Below, in pieces: positions 35,001 through 50,162 of a DNA stretch of 64,000 nt. The translations under genes and the position numbers were made by a program. Below the pieces are notes generated by a model that ran no database searches, was not told the DNA's origin, and saw nothing but the letters and a program-made list of their open reading frames with translations. Numbering within the stretch: position 1 is the stretch's first letter; each line of letters opens with the position of its first letter. Source of the DNA: Setoptus koraiensis (Eukaryota; Animalia; Arthropoda); NCBI GenBank assembly GCA_048013815.1, contig CM106585.1, positions 17,484,001 to 17,548,000 of the forward strand. The letters run 5' to 3'.

Positions 35001-38000
35001 CTCAAAGTGAAACTCAGACTCACACTCGACTAATGTCTCTTCAAATGGCCGTCGTGACCGTTGACGAGCGGCTGCTGTTGTTGTTGTTGTTGTTCTAATG
35101 CGTTGTGTAATAGCATAGGTAGTAGGTTGGTAGTGGCGGCGGCGGTGGTGGTAAATAGTGATTATTATCCAATGAAGTGAGTATTATCTAATCATGTTAT
35201 TTGTTGTTGGTGCTCGTTCAATCAGATAATAGACAACAATCCTCTCTCTTTTGTCATCATACTCATCGCACTCATAAGTCTAGAGTGATAATTTGATCCA
35301 GTTACCAGTTACAAGTTTCAAGTTGGCGAATTGGCGAATTGTCGGATTGGCGCCATTCCGTGAGCGTTCGCGAGCATTCGCAAGCAATCCACTTCAATTC
35401 GGTTCGGTTCAGTTCAGTTCACTTTATTTTATTCCGGCCCACTAACATTGGTGTAGTGAGTAGTAAATCTCCGCTCCTTTTTGACATGTGACAACTTCTA
35501 TTGAGAGCAAACTGTCCCCGTCGAATCGGATGGGGCCCCCACTCAAAGTTGGCCAGTCTTGGCCCGTATATTCGCATGAATAAATGGGAATTGATTTCTG
35601 ATACGTGCAATAATTCGAGCAACACTCCTATCACGTCACTGCAAATCGAATGGAATCGCATACTTAAATTTGGCAATAAACGTGAGCGGCTTTTGACACG
35701 ACGATATTCATTTCTGGCGCTCTCTCTCCGTCTGTGTGTCAATCAAGGAGACTGTATGGATTACATAAGGCGCTCGTTTAATTCAAATCATCATGACACT
35801 TGATTGACACCACCCACACACTTACTCATTGGCTCTATCACACAATATACTGACAGGACAGATCCTCTTATATTTTGGCGCCTATTCACTGTGAAAGCCA
35901 GAAATAGGATGGATGCAAATAGACAATGATGGCAAAAAGCGAACACATTTTTGCATTGGCCAGGTATATTAATAGCCACGCTCGGATTATTGTACGAGAG
36001 AAGCATGAGAGAAGTCGCGCTGGCGGTTTAAAGTCGCAAAAGTCGCTATAGTACAGACTGGAGCAGTGTTAGGTTACCGTTGCGCAGTTATATTATGTCA
36101 CACAGTCATATGGTTGTATGGTTGCTCGGTTATATAGGCAATGGAAGATGAGATTGGCGCGCACAAGTTGTTGTTGTGGGTCACTTATTAATGATGATCA
36201 CCGATGATTATCCATTAATGCCGCTGTTGTTGTCGTTGTTAATTCCGAGCGCAACATCTACTAGGCGAGATAAAGCCGACGCAAGGCAATATAACAATAT
36301 CAAGCGACTGGCCGAGACAAACATCGATCGAGGCACCGTCAGACCGTCAGACTAACAGGCTAACAATGAGGCCATCAGACTGATAGGCTAATAGAGTGAT
36401 AGACTTATGCGCTGATAGAGAGCTATTAGTGGCTCATTTGCATAAACACTCAACGTTGGCTAACTACTCTGTTGATGGGCTATTAATTATTGTTGAGTAA
36501 GCAGCCTGTTGTTGGCCCATGATAGCAACTGGCGCTTGTTCAGCCGGGGCCAGCCGCTCTTGCTCTAAATGTAAAACTCGCTTTCCGGGAATGGTCGCCA
36601 AGCGGACGACCTAAGACGAACGGAGGCACGAGCCGAATGGGGGCGCGCGAAAAAAAGGCCATACAAAGTTGAGTTGTTGCGCGATCAGTGGCCCGTTAAT
36701 TACTTTTGCGCATTAGCAGTGGCGCCGGGCTCGCCAGCTTGGCTTCGAATTAGCGACTTGGGCTGCACTTGTTCCATTTAATGCCTTATATGGGGCCCGA
36801 TTGTCAGGCCGTGATTGTGCAAACTATTAACACTATTAACAAACGACTATCAACTATCGACTATTAACTTTGGCTCTCGTTGGCTGCCGCTTGCTCCACC
36901 AATTCAGCAGCCAACCAGCCAGCCAGTCAGCATCTATAAATTGCCGCGATAAGTCTGACTAACGCGGGCCCCGAAAGTCTTGCGCAGTGCGCAACCATTG
37001 ATTGGATCCGGGCCCCACTGGCCCAAATCCAAACTATAGACGGACACACTGGGCCAACACCCATTGAAAGCAATAGCCGAGGCCACCAGACAAACACACT
37101 GGCATCGACCATTGGAGCTAACAGCAAACAGCGGGCTCCTATCGTCGATGCTCGTATCACCGGCCCCATTATTGGTGGGCGCCAAAATTGAAAAGATCTG
37201 TGGGTACATGGCTCTCGTATGTCTCTCAAGGGCTGGTCGCAAGTGGCGGCCAGTTTTAACTTGCTCCACCAACAACCAAATTTTGCCCCGTTTGCAGCGC
37301 CATTTGAAACGGAAGTCGCCTAATGAGTGCAGCCACTTGAAGCAGCAGTTACGAGAGCACCGTTATTAGTGATACAGAACATAAATAATAGTGATGCAAT
37401 CAGGCTATTAACGTTAAGATGTGATGTGACTTGCTTTTATCGAGAGGCTAATCACTTTATATACTATATAAAGTTTATAGGCTATTAATTCACAATAATA
37501 TCAAGTACACGCACACTCGCTTGTTAGTTGGCTAGTTAGTTGTGTAATGAGGCTTCTTTTGGCTTTGCCTGCTTTTACTACAGCAGAATACTACAGCAGA
37601 ATACTACAGCTGAATATTCAAAATAGTGTCACTGATTACTATTAGCTAACTATAATCACAAGCACAGTTGTTATTATAGTTATTATAAGGGGTGCACCCA
37701 AGTGCCAGTGATTAATTAGCGATTGGCAAGTCTCAATTGTTTGCTTGTTTGTCGCTAATGTTAGTGTGAAACATTGCTAGTGCACTTCAGTGATTTGCAT
37801 CTGTAACAGGACAACTCACATTAATGTCTTTGTGTGTTGGCCATCATCAACAACAACAGCAGCCACTATAAATCTTATTGCATGTATAGTGTAATTATAT
37901 AATGCATTTATTTTTAAATCAACCGTTCAATCTATTGTTACGATAGCGACGCAACGACCATTAAGTTATTTATCTAGTTTTCTTATTGTACCTGACTGGA

Positions 38001-38467
38001 GCTATTGTTAAACGAAGCGTCTCTAGCATCATAATAGAGTTGTTGTTGTTGTCGTTGTTATTGTGCAAATTGTGTATCCAAAGTTATCTATTACTGGCCC
38101 ATTACAACGACGGCACAATCTCTCGGATACTGTTGGAGTGTGATCAGTGATCGCTCATTTGTCTGCTCAATTTGTCAAAATGATGCTGTTACATAACATG
38201 TGTAACAGCAGTCACATTTGTGCTATTATTATACTAGCGCATTGCATAACAATACCGTTTGATATGTAGATCGTCATTATTCTTGTTGTTGTTGCTGTCG
38301 TCGTTGTTAGTGTTACCGTGTGTTGGCCGCGATGATACAATCGCCATTAACGCCCGATAAATCTAATAAAAGCGTCTTATAAGTGCCAATAAGTGAGCCA
38401 GCCAAGTAAAGTACTCAAACTGGCCACTAGAGAAGTGATTCATTGATGACGATGCAGATGGACTACT

Positions 38468-38557
38468 CTATCGACCATCGACTATCGAGCATCAACTACC
38501 GACCATCGACTATCGAGCATCAACTACCGACCATCGACTATCAACTATCGAGCATCG
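38468..38557. repeat. Higher-order repeat: 28-bp unit made of four 7-mers (CGACCAT CGACTAT CGAGCAT CAACTAC)
   Basis: Two full 28-mers at 38472 and 38500 plus a rearranged third copy. Confidence 0.9.
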
Positions 38558-41500
38558 TTGTCCACTGTTGTCCATTGTGCTGTCATTGACCACCATTGCC
38601 GTACACTGTTGGCATACGCTATTGGCGCCACTTGGAGTTACTGGACGATTACCGGTTATAGCTAGTTGTAGCGATAATAGATAGCAGAGTATAGATAGTA
38701 GCAGAGGTAATAAAGACACTAAAGTAGAGTGGTCAACCTTTGGGACCAACTAAACCAATAATGTCTATTGTGTTGTTTATGGTTATTGTTATTGTTATAC
38801 CATCCATTCACGAGTATGAGCCATCTCTTTCTTGTCGTGCACGCTCACCTAATAATATCATCAAATAATAATAAGTATCAAATAATAATAGGTATCAAAT
38901 ATCCAGAGACCCATCACAACAACACTCTGGTACAACTCTCACATGGTCTTGTCTCACCCAATAGAAACTTGAGATGAGGCCACATTGGGCTTGTCCGCTA
39001 ACAAGCAGTTAATTTACTGTTGTCCATGTTGACCCGTTATTAGTTATTATACATTTGCTACTCACTTCAATGATAACTAACAACTACTTACTAAAGTGTA
39101 AATAGTCTAGTCTAGTGTCTCATCCCAATTTTCTATTGGGCAAGACAAGATAATGTGCGACTGTTGTCATGACAAACAAAAGGCAACTTCAAATGAAAGC
39201 ACTTCGCTCCGATGAGAGCACGAGGCTCAATGATCCAATATTGATGAGGCGATCCAATGGCAATTATATCTATGTCCCACTAGCTGGTATATTAAAATAA
39301 ACTGTGCTGATATTGTCAGATATTGTTTGATATTGTTTGATATTGTCAGATATTGTAATCAATGCAATGTGATTGAACCAATACACGTGATGAATGTATC
39401 TGAATGATTGCATCAGACGACAGCCAAATCAACAGTACAAGCAAACATCCGCTTTCAACTGATTCATATCACGCTGTATCACGCGACTAATCATGCCGTC
39501 GTGTGCACTCGATTTGCCTACATGATCAGTATTGTATTATTTTGTGACTTATGGGCGCTGCAAAGGATATTGTCGTCTGATAATGTCGTCTGTCCATCGC
39601 GGCAGAACAAGTGGCCATTTCATCTGGGCTTACATTACTTTTGTACCTACTGTATTACTGTTGTATCTCTCTATGCCATGCCAAATCTCCATACAAAAGT
39701 AATGCAAGGCGCGCATTAATTTCGCAAAAAACACCATCACAACATGCTGTGCACAATTTTTCGTTTTAATATTCATCGCTGAATGATTCACAGGTAAACT
39801 TTTCACTTTTGGCCAAGTGACTCTGGTCAACAATACATTTGACAAGGCGCTGTTATCAGATACTTGATACGTGATATTTGACTAGCTCCCATTGTCAGCA
39901 ACTCGCCAAACACAATACAAGTGGATGCCGCTGTAACTGGTGTCAGGCAACCACAATTTATCTTTGATGATGTTATCTTTCATGTTCCAAGGTTTATCCG
40001 ATTTTGTTATTTGTCTAACACCAGAATACCTTCTGCAAACAAACTATCTCAATGTAACTTTTTCATGTGCAGTATGAGTTCGTGGTGCCAATAAGTTGTT
40101 GAATTGCAACTTGTTACCCTTGTTGCACACATCAATCGATGGGCTAGATAATTGTTAACTTTGTGAATTAAATCAAAATGAATGCAGAGAGTCGCCACGA
40201 AGAGAGAAATTGATTCAAGTGCCTTGATTCATTTTGCCATTTAGGGTGCCATCGAGAAAAACCTTTTGACGGTTTAAGAATGCAACTACAAAAAAGTCAA
40301 CATAAAGAATAAATAAACAAATTCAGCTGCCACTGACAATCTCAACAGAATAGAATTGTATTGTCAAGTGTTGTTTTCTCAATGTTGCGACTATTGGTTT
40401 GCACTTTGAATATGGCGAATAATGTTTCAGTACAAGGAATAATAACGATTTGCAGTAGTACTTGTTAAACTATCTTTATTTGCAGCAACACAATCAATCA
40501 CTTCCATATGGATCCATTTACGTTGTGTTTTGTGTGTCGCGTCAACAAACGGAAATTGATCCGTTAAATGTCAAATCAAATGTCTGGCTGGTTGGCACTA
40601 TCGCAGCCACTTGCAATTTTGCTAGAAACGAAATTCATATCAAGGGTGCAAAATAAATCAAGAACCTTGCCGACCTGTTGTCAGGCGCCACTGCCAGCCA
40701 GAAACGGGCTGCAAAATAAGGGCAACTTGTGGTCTTGTCTAGTCACGTAAGCTTGGCAATCTTGTAGATTTGTGTCATTGTTGTGCTGACTTACGAAGGT
40801 TGATTCATGGACCATACGGTACACCAATAACAGATAGACAATCATCTCATAAACGCATGGCACAATTGTTATCGCTTGTGAGCATTGATACCGCCAATAG
40901 AGATACCGCCAATAAAAGTGTTGCGGTGCAAGCATGATTTTTATTTTTATCGACAACATTGATTGGCAGTAAACAACAAAAGCTTGTTAAACGTGCGCAT
41001 TGTTGAGATTATTATCATGTTAATTTGTTTACGAATTTGTAAACAATAATTAAACGTGGCGTGTTGCCCGCTTGCGGAAGCGTGTGTAAAAGCACTTGTA
41101 ATTAATTTGTCATCATTGATTTTATTCACGAAACGTTTCTAAGAGACCCTCGTTCGTCTCATGTCAATCGCAACAGGTGTCTAACGGTGTGTCGTGTTCT
41201 TTTCACGCAAATCATCGAACGATTCATCACTGTTTGACTTTTGTTGCGCTTTCCATCGATCCGGCAGCGGCGTTCTCAGCTTACGAATGAAGAGTCTCAA
41301 AGAATAATCCCTCTCCCTCTCCCTCTCTCACTCTCTCTCTCCCTCCGTCATTCTATCTGGTGCAGGCCATTAACAGTGAGTCCTTGATGTTTTACATCTA
41401 TGCATGTATTAGCGTGTCATTTCGAAAACAAGCCCTATCAGTGTTGTAAGCGAACCGTTTAAGATAAGAATCAATCGGGCAAGTTCGAGAATTGATGGAA

Positions 41501-43044
41501 CGGCTCTCTTGGTTCGCTCTTGGCATGTTTACGGCGTCCTCTCATTCGATAATTTATTAGCAATTAGCGCGTCAATTGTTTGTGTTAGGTGTAAAAAATG
41601 CTGTACTACAACACATGTCAGTCGAGCTAATAATTGTTGTTCGAGAAACTGTTGTCTGAAATGGATGCAAACCGGCTTCTCGTTCTCCAACTATGAATAT
41701 CTGGTTCGTTTGGTCTCTTGCCAAAGGAACGCTTGCTGATGTTGCCCGCCCGCCCGCCCGCTCGCTCGCTCTCTGTCTCTGGCTGTTGCACGGCTCCGGA
41801 TTTCAAGTATTTCGGGCCGTCATGACGATTATGACAAAATGTCACGAGGACCAACCGACGAGAACAAGCTAAATTCGCAATCAATTGTCCAATTTAAATA
41901 CAGACCAGAATAGCTGGAATGGTTGTGCAAAGTTGAGTCGCTATTATTAGTAACTGTAATTGATCATTCAATGTTACAGGTGCGACGGTAGTAGTTAAAA
42001 GAATAATGAATGTTTTGTTTTTGGCCAATCAGCTGGACAAACACACCAAAAACAAATTGCACAAACAATGATTAATTAATAATGAATAATCTACAAGCCA
42101 ACCTTGATATCACCACTTATGCAGTGATCATAAAATAATCAGTCGCCTCGAGTCGCATCGAGCCTTGATTGAGAAAATGCCGTTTGGTGGGTCCGACAAA
42201 GTGGAGCACTAATCGAGAACAAGCCGAAAACAGAAAGAGCCATAAAGAAGAGGCAAACTCGTGCGGGTAGGCCGACGAGGAGGAGGTGCTATCGTCACAT
42301 CTATGGATGTGTTACATATTTGCGATGATTACTAATGCATCTTGGCGGGCTGTTAATTTAAAAATCAAGGTACCACGAGCTAGTTTTGGTGTTTTTGTGC
42401 CAGCCAGTCAGCCAACCAGCCGCACCAGATCATGCTCTTAAGCGAGACAAGCCATGTAATTATCTGGTGTGGTGGATAATTTTAGGAAATAATATTAATC
42501 AATATTATCATGATCATGACACTATTACAATATAATCATCAGCATGACACTGCTATTACAATCATGTGATGATGAAAGAAACTTTTCATTACGAAAGTTA
42601 TGCGCGCGTTTATTATGTCGGCGGCACGTAGCCGCTTTGTTTGTGTGTTTGTTGGTGCCATTAGCTAACTATTAGTTTTAACGATAATAGTTTATAAATC
42701 TGGCTTACAGTGGTGCAGTGATGGTCGTTGGTTGCTTTAACGATGATTTCTGATTTATCATTATTATTACTATTATTAGTATTACTATTATTATTATGAC
42801 TTATTATGAGCTGTTGCGCTAAACCCGGAGATGGTGTGCGTTCGTTAGTGAGATGCTGATCTGGAATAATAATTAGTGATGTGAAAGGTAGCCGAGTGAA
42901 ACTGACATTTATAAATTGTAGTGTTTCATTGTCAAGTTTGCCAACTGCCATCACTACTACTGAAATGGCCCCGGGCCAGCGCGTTGTTTAGGGAACCGTT
43001 ATTGGGCCAACCGGCTGTGATATGCCATGATATGCTATGATATG

Positions 43045-43077
<33 letters not shown>

Positions 43078-45750
43078 GCATATGATAGCAGAATGAAAAG
43101 TTGATTTTGCTATTAATAACCGAGTATTATTGACTGTAGTGTATTTAGTGACTGGCATAAATTAGAGCGGTAGTTGTCGTTGTCGAACAGATAGGACAAG
43201 AAGAAGGATAACAAGGAAGAGAGTGTCTACTTCTTTTTCTATGCTTTCTACACTAACACTACCTGTTCTGTCATTACTATTCAGCTTTTCTCATTTTCAT
43301 TTCACTATCGCTCAGTCTCTTTTTTATTCATCTGCCCGTCATCGTCGTTTAGCCATACCTTCGTCGTCTAACAGTTTGTTGTCGAACAGATTGACCTTCA
43401 AAATTATTAACTAACATAATTCTATTAAATCACCACTACCTAATCTCAGGTATTTAGCCAGCTTTAGATTTAGCTGAGATTTCTATTTCTAGAAGAGCAA
43501 GCGAGCGAGCAGAAGCAAGAAGTGAGCGCGGCTCAAGTTTAACGCAATAACTGATAATACCGTTATCAACACAGTTCTTCCTAAGAGCTGTCGAGAATAA
43601 CAGAAAAGAGTCAAGTTGGCGGTTGATGCTTGCTAACGCGTTAGCCTACAATCTGAATTAGTATTGATATTTGAGTGGAGTAGCATGACAGCGGCAGCAA
43701 CCACTTGCTGATTGTTGTTGCTGTTGTTGTGCTGCCGGTGCCGCCTATCTAACAAGTGCAATTGCCCAATGATTACTAATAATAATCGCATGTTATACGG
43801 GGTTTGCTATCGCGCAGACATTAAAAGGTATAGTATCACCATTCACAATTACAGTCAGTTTATAAATTTATCTTCAACGACCACCGACCACCGACAATGC
43901 CGATCTTACAATTGTCGGCCTTCTAATTTGGCCTCAATAGTTGCTGTCTGCTGTGCGTATCATCATCAGCCGTTCAGTCTTTTAGTTGTGATAGAGCCAA
44001 AAGTGAACAGAGTGAGAGAGAGACAACTAAATCATCCATATCATCATTGCACATTCGATTCGTCTTGCTATTGTTGTTGTCGTGACACAATACAAAAAAT
44101 ATAGGAAGCTACCATAGGGATAAATGAGAGTGAGTAATATCAAATTGCGCCGACAACATACTTCTGACTATTTAGCGTCATCGTGCGTACACCACTGTCA
44201 TCGTTACACGCCATCTGTCGCTGGCCGTTTCTCGCTAGCCAGCTCACAGTCGCTTGGCCCACAGTCAGTCGGCTCACAAGTCAGGTAGATTGTGTGCAAA
44301 TTGCAACCTGTTGCTTGCTTTCAGTTAATCAGCATATCAGTGCAAGTTTCAAAGCATCATCGTTCATTATCGAATAACCAACCACAGCAGCGATATAACA
44401 ATCAGCAAGCTGTTTGTTGAGAGCGCGCTGACACAAGCGCACAAACAAAATTATCATTTGCACAATTGAATTAACAGAGACAACACACATGCACCACTAT
44501 TTACTTATTTATCTAGTTGATATGTAACTGATGAGGAACAAGAGTAACAATTCCGACGAAATAAATTTATTACGCAAATATATTTACAACTGACAAATGG
44601 GCAATCAACTATAGCAACAACCACCACAACAACAATATGATCAGCACGGCTTCGATTGAAGACAACTCAAGTAGCAAGTCGTAAAGTCATCAGACATACA
44701 TAGAAAGGAAACAAGACATTAACAAAAACAGATGTAATAAAAGTTTGGTCGGCTTGGTTTATCTCTCAAAATATTTGTATTTCTCTTTCTTTGCTGGTTG
44801 GGTAATCTATCTAATTGGCCAAGACAAGAACGAGTTGAGTTTTAAAAGTTGAAGAACTCATACATTGCATCGTGCGCGATTGTATTCTGGCTACAATCTC
44901 ACAGGCTGCGCTATTTACATTCATCAGCATATTCATTCAATTCACTTAGTAGTACATAACAAGGTTTTAATTAAGGAAATCCAACTCACACATTGGCTCA
45001 CTGGAATAAAGCTCAAAGCATCGCAAGAGGAATAACAAAACGAAGGGAAGGAGTGGCTTACAGAGGTGATTAGAGTTCTCTTTACACTGTCTTGGCAGTG
45101 TCTCGGCTGCATCGACTGGTTGCATCCTCAGTAAAGAAAAGTTGCAGTCGCCAAAGAGTTACATCAACGCTTATAGCAACAAAATCCTTCGTGCAGCATT
45201 GCTTGTCGGTTATAAATGTTGTATCGGCATCATTAGTGATTCAACAACAGCAACAACAACAACAAAGTGTTTTATCTTTGTGTGCAAAATCACCATAGTC
45301 AGCTACTATCGGCATTACTAGTTATCACCACTTATCTCTTCCTTGGATCAATCAATACCACTAACCGACAAATTGATCATCACTAGTCAGACATTATCAA
45401 ACAACAACAACATCATCAACAACAACATCGTCAACAACAAAGGCTTGATCACAAGCCAGACAAGGCGGGCATCATCTTGAGGAAACTTTCTGATACTCAT
45501 CCATTCGATTATTTGTTTATTTGCGTCTTGCTGCTAACCTTACGTATCTCTAACAGTTGAGATAAAGAGTGGCGCAAAGACAATTAACCAATCGTAACAG
45601 ATTCATCGCGACTTAAGAAGCCGAGATATTATTATTATTGCAATAATCGAGTCGCATCACATCGCATAGCATTATCATTATTATTATTTTTATTTTTATA
45701 ACAACCATCAATTATTAATATTATTAGCTACACAGAGGACAACACCGAAA

Positions 45751-47972
45751 ATGGCTTGCTTCGAAAACGTAAAAGGCTTCTTCATGGCTATAGCGAATTT
45801 TATCTGGTGCTTTGTCATAATGGCCACACTTCACATAATCAAAGCATTTCTACTATTATTTGTGCCAAATTGTTTGCTTTATAAAGATGTCAGCAACGAT
45901 ATTGTTCTCATCACTGGTGCCGCCTCAGGTCTAGGCAGACTGCTAGCGATTAAATTTGCCAAATTAGGTTCAAGAGTTATAATTTGGGACGTAAATTTAC
46001 CCGGTCTAGAGGAGACGGCAAAAATGATAGAGGAACTTAGAAGCGAGAGGGACAACGTGGGCAAATGTCATGTTTATCAGGTTGATATCACTGATAGACA
46101 CATTGTTTATGCCACAGCTCAACGAATTCAACGCGAAGTCGGAACGGTCACTATATTGATCAACAACGCTGGAATTGTCACAGGTAAACGTTTCTTGGAT
46201 TTACCTGACGAGAAGATCATCAAAACGTTCGAAGTGAACGTGATAGCTCACTTTTGGGTAAGTACACACGCAGCTTTGTCTGTTGGATCATTCATAAAAT
46301 TCATTTCAAGTTGATTTGTGTGTGACAGGATAAGGGGAGTTCCTAGAAATGAATGAACTTTACAAGGAACAAGGACGGGCTAGTATCAACAGGCTGGTGG
46401 ATCAAGTTTTTTGTTTTTCCAGCTAGTGTGACTAATAGTGGCCATTGCGTGCATCAAGTCAAATCATTCAGCTAAATATACATGATATATGAAAGCCGAG
46501 TCGAGTATCTGATAGGTAAATTAAGCTAGTAGACACGTAAAGACGTTGAATCACTGGTTTGCGAAACAACGACTAGTCAGTAACAGCGTGAGCGTTAAAA
46601 TCAACACATATAACCAACTCACAATTATCGTGCACAAACTTATTGGTGATTCTTTATTCAAAATCAAGATATCCGGTAATCAACACAGATAATCACGACT
46701 CCTCGTGAAAAATAATTCTGCTGTTTAAAATGTACCCAATTTAGGAGTATAGTAATCTTGGCGGTTTAGTGGCATCGTCCAAAACATGATCTATTAGCTA
46801 TCAGTCTAATAGCTGTATTAGCCATCAGTCATTTGTGGCGAACTGGTTATTGGCTGATTGACATCATCGCCAGTTTATTGTACGATGGGAAAGTTTTTGA
46901 TTAGCAACTCATCGGGTTTATTATCGATTCCCATAAATAGCTGGAGAGTTGACTAACAAAAGTAAATCTACCAAAATGTTCTCACATTTCGCTAACTAGT
47001 GTACGAGTTCCAGAAGAATTAGTTTCGAGATTTGTAGACATCAAGAATGAGCCTGAATGAACCATTGGAAGGTTGTTGTTGCCGCGCCCAGTTGAATTAC
47101 ATCTGAATCTGTCCTATCACTGATGATCACGTACAACAAGTTTAAACGAAGCAAAACTCTCTCAAGCTGTTAAACTAATCCTATCATTAATCTTTTTCTT
47201 TATACTCAAAAACAACTTTTTCTTTCGTGTAGATTGTCAAGGCTTTCCTTCCTGATATGCTGGAAAAGAATCACGGACATATTGTATCGTTAGCTTCTAT
47301 TGCCGGAGTGATTGGAGCATATCAGCTAACTGATTATTGTGCGAGCAAGTTTGGTGCAGGTAACTTGAATCAACTATAACTAATCCATTTTTTTTTTCTT
47401 ATACTGGGTCAATCATCCGTGATGAATACTAATTTCTTTTCCATCTGTCATTTGTTCCAACATCCACACTGCCCAAAACACGTATGATCGACCTTAAATA
47501 ATGTTATCTATATTGTTATTCAGTTGGATTTGAAGAATCCCTTCGCACAGAATTAGAATGTGATGGTTACGATGGTATCCACTCAACGGTCGTCTGTCCC
47601 TATTATATCAAAACAGGAATGTTTGCTGGAGTTTCAAAGAGTTGTATACCTATGCTTACGCCCGAGTATGTCGTCAAAAAGACGGTACAAGCCATATTGA
47701 CTAATCAAGAAGTTTTGATGTTACCTGGAACTGTAAATCTACTATTTTTACTAAAGGCCTTGTTACCCCCAAAGGCGTTCGTTTGGGGACACAAGGGCCT
47801 CGGAGCCACTGATACTATGAAGAATTTTGTTGGCCGACAACCACATCAATCAACACCCCAGCAGCAAGCTGTACTGACACCTGCCTACGAAAGCAAACAA
47901 GGTGGCCTCCCAGCGCACTCGATAGGAATCACAATAGAGCCCAAAAAACAAATGGGTACAGAGGTGGTGTAG
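45751..47972 (+). CDS. Short-chain dehydrogenase/reductase, SDR16C family (RDH10/RDHE2/HSD17B11-like). Exons 45751-46257, 47233-47359, 47524-47972; 360 aa
   Basis: N-terminal hydrophobic anchor, [24 protein letters not shown]|IVKAFLPDM, catalytic [20 protein letters not shown] introns keep the frame (1083 nt total). Confidence 0.92.
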
Positions 47973-48119
47973 AGTGTGGACCACATGGCCAAGCCTTATG
48001 ATGGTAGATGTACTCAAGCTTAATATTAAACATACTCTTTCTCCATTCACATGTGCATGTCTATATATCATCATTTACAAGAAATATATTTACAATTAGG
48101 TACAACATAAGTTGAATGG

Positions 48120-48647
48120 CTAGTTGCGTTCGTTACGAATTCGTCTGGCCAAATGAATATCTCTTGGCATAATAGTAACTCTTCTGGCATGTATACAACA
48201 CAAGTTGGTGTCTTCAAACAAGCGAACCAGATAAGATTCGCATGCCTCCTGCAGGGCCAACAATGCTGCTGACTGGAACTTGAAAATTTCCCCTGTCTTA
48301 TAATCTTGGGTAATTTCACGGACCAGCCTCTGGAATCTCGCCCGTGGTATAAGAAGATCGGTTGTGCCCTGTAATCTCTTGATATCCTTAAGTGCGAGCA
48401 TACCTGGTCTATAGCGGTTTTTCCTTTTTGTGGTAGAGCTTTGTGTAGTGGACTTTGTCGCCTTTTGCAACGTCTTTCCTTTTCTGCCGGGGCTTCTACC
48501 AGCTAACTGTCTTTTTGTTTCCAAGTGTTTTTGCAACATGTCTGAACTCTTATTCCCACCTGATTTGGAATCCGAATTTTTCGGGGGACCGGCAGTGGAT
48601 TTTCGTGCAACCTGACGCCGTCCATTTTGTACTTTAGTTCGTGCCAT
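48120..48647 (-). CDS. Divergent histone H3 variant, candidate centromeric CenH3/CENP-A, 175 aa
   Basis: Histone fold RYRPG...[53 protein letters not shown]...TIMPRD. The N-terminal tail is about twice the canonical length and loop 1 is 2 aa longer than in H3. Intronless, with no histone 3' stem-loop seen. Confidence 0.85.
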   Translation of the reverse strand: MARTKVQNGRRQVARKSTAGPPKNSDSKSGGNKSSDMLQKHLETKRQLAGRSPGRKGKTLQKATKSTTQSSTTKRKNRYRPGMLALKDIKRLQGTTDLLIPRARFQRLVREITQDYKTGEIFKFQSAALLALQEACESYLVRLFEDTNLCCIHARRVTIMPRDIHLARRIRNERN

Positions 48648-50162
48648 GTTTGCTTCGAAAAAATCTTTATACTAGTATCGTGGAAATAATTATAATAATA
48701 ATAGTTACAATGATAAATAAAATATTATTGATGTAAGATGATATTAATAACAGTGATGAAGTGTCCAGAGGTGGTTTGGTATTTGTTGAGATTATTTTGT
48801 CGGTGATATACAAGTGCAGTGAATCCACAAGAGCCACATAAATGAGATGGTGGTGAAACTCTCAGTTTGAATTGTTTAATTAGGGTGAATCATATTAAAT
48901 ATGGCGGCGAGCTATAATGTCCAATGAAAGTGTGGAACAGCTCAATTGTAGTTTAGTCAGTTCTGTCTATATTGTATTGCTAGTGAACTTGTCGTTATCT
49001 GTTGTGATGCGCAATGTTTATTTTAATTTCATCTGAGGCGGTCAAAATGGGCAATAAATCCTTGATTGGCTCGTGGCGGTAAATTCAAACCAGGAATTTT
49101 TTTTTTCTTAATATTCTCATAGCACGTGGGCACATCATATAAGCACTATGAAGGTTGTTTACTTTTCAAAAATGGTTTGAATGTGCGCGCCATTGGGTTT
49201 GCTGTGGCACCGAAAATTTCCTATTTCAGCCAGTTCTTCTGTAAACAGGCAGACACTCACACACAGACATACACAGACAGACACACAGACACAGACGCAC
49301 AGACACATTCGGCTGCAATTCGCTGGTGGTGGCACTGTTAGCAACAGCAACAGAAGCAGACTATAGCAGCATCAGCAGCAATGTAATGTGTAGTCATAGG
49401 CAAAAGCACACTCGCACAGACACACACGAACGCACTAAGGTTGATAACGCATAGTTCAAGAGTAATAGAATATAAACAGGATTGACCAATAGAATTGAAC
49501 TGCCTAATGGTACCGATGAACGTTAGTCCGCTACCACAGTATTTGCAGCACCCTAAATGAGCAATTCATAGCGATAGTTTCACCACCATCTTTGTATTTG
49601 TGTGTAGCTCGTACAGATGTACTTCAGCTATCTCTCTGATAAAATAATCAATTACTATACCGCACATTAGCACACTTATCTCTAGATTCTATATCATTAT
49701 TATTATTATCATCATCATACACTACTATTATTATTATTATTAAAAATAATATTGTCTTTATACCATCATCATCAATACTATTATTATCACATTATTATTA
49801 TTATCATTATTATTATTATGTATATTACTATTATCGCTGATACTCTCACCATCACGGCACAACCCTTATTGAAAAATTAAATTATTGTTTCATCCAATAA
49901 TAGTGCTACCGATAATTATAATAGTAATACCTCGACAACTACAATTAATTCAACTAGGATACAGAGGATCTAAATCAGGGCTTGCAATTTGTTAACATCA
50001 GATAGACAGACACACACACACACAGACACACACACACTCACATAAATATATATATATCTATACACAGACACACAGACACACACACACACACATATATAGA
50101 CATAATAATTATTATTAATATCAGGCAGTGGATGTATCCGGCTTTCCCGTCAAATTGCCATC

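Noticed and set aside
35117-35129. 13-nt match to let-7 (AGGTAGTAGGTTG)
   Set aside because: The seed is incomplete (no TGAGG), and there is no complementary star arm or hairpin nearby.
41627-41884. Minus-strand ORF with KRSFGKR, resembling a neuropeptide cleavage/amidation site
   Set aside because: There is no signal peptide, the released peptide would be only two residues, and the ORF spans a (GCCC)n repeat.
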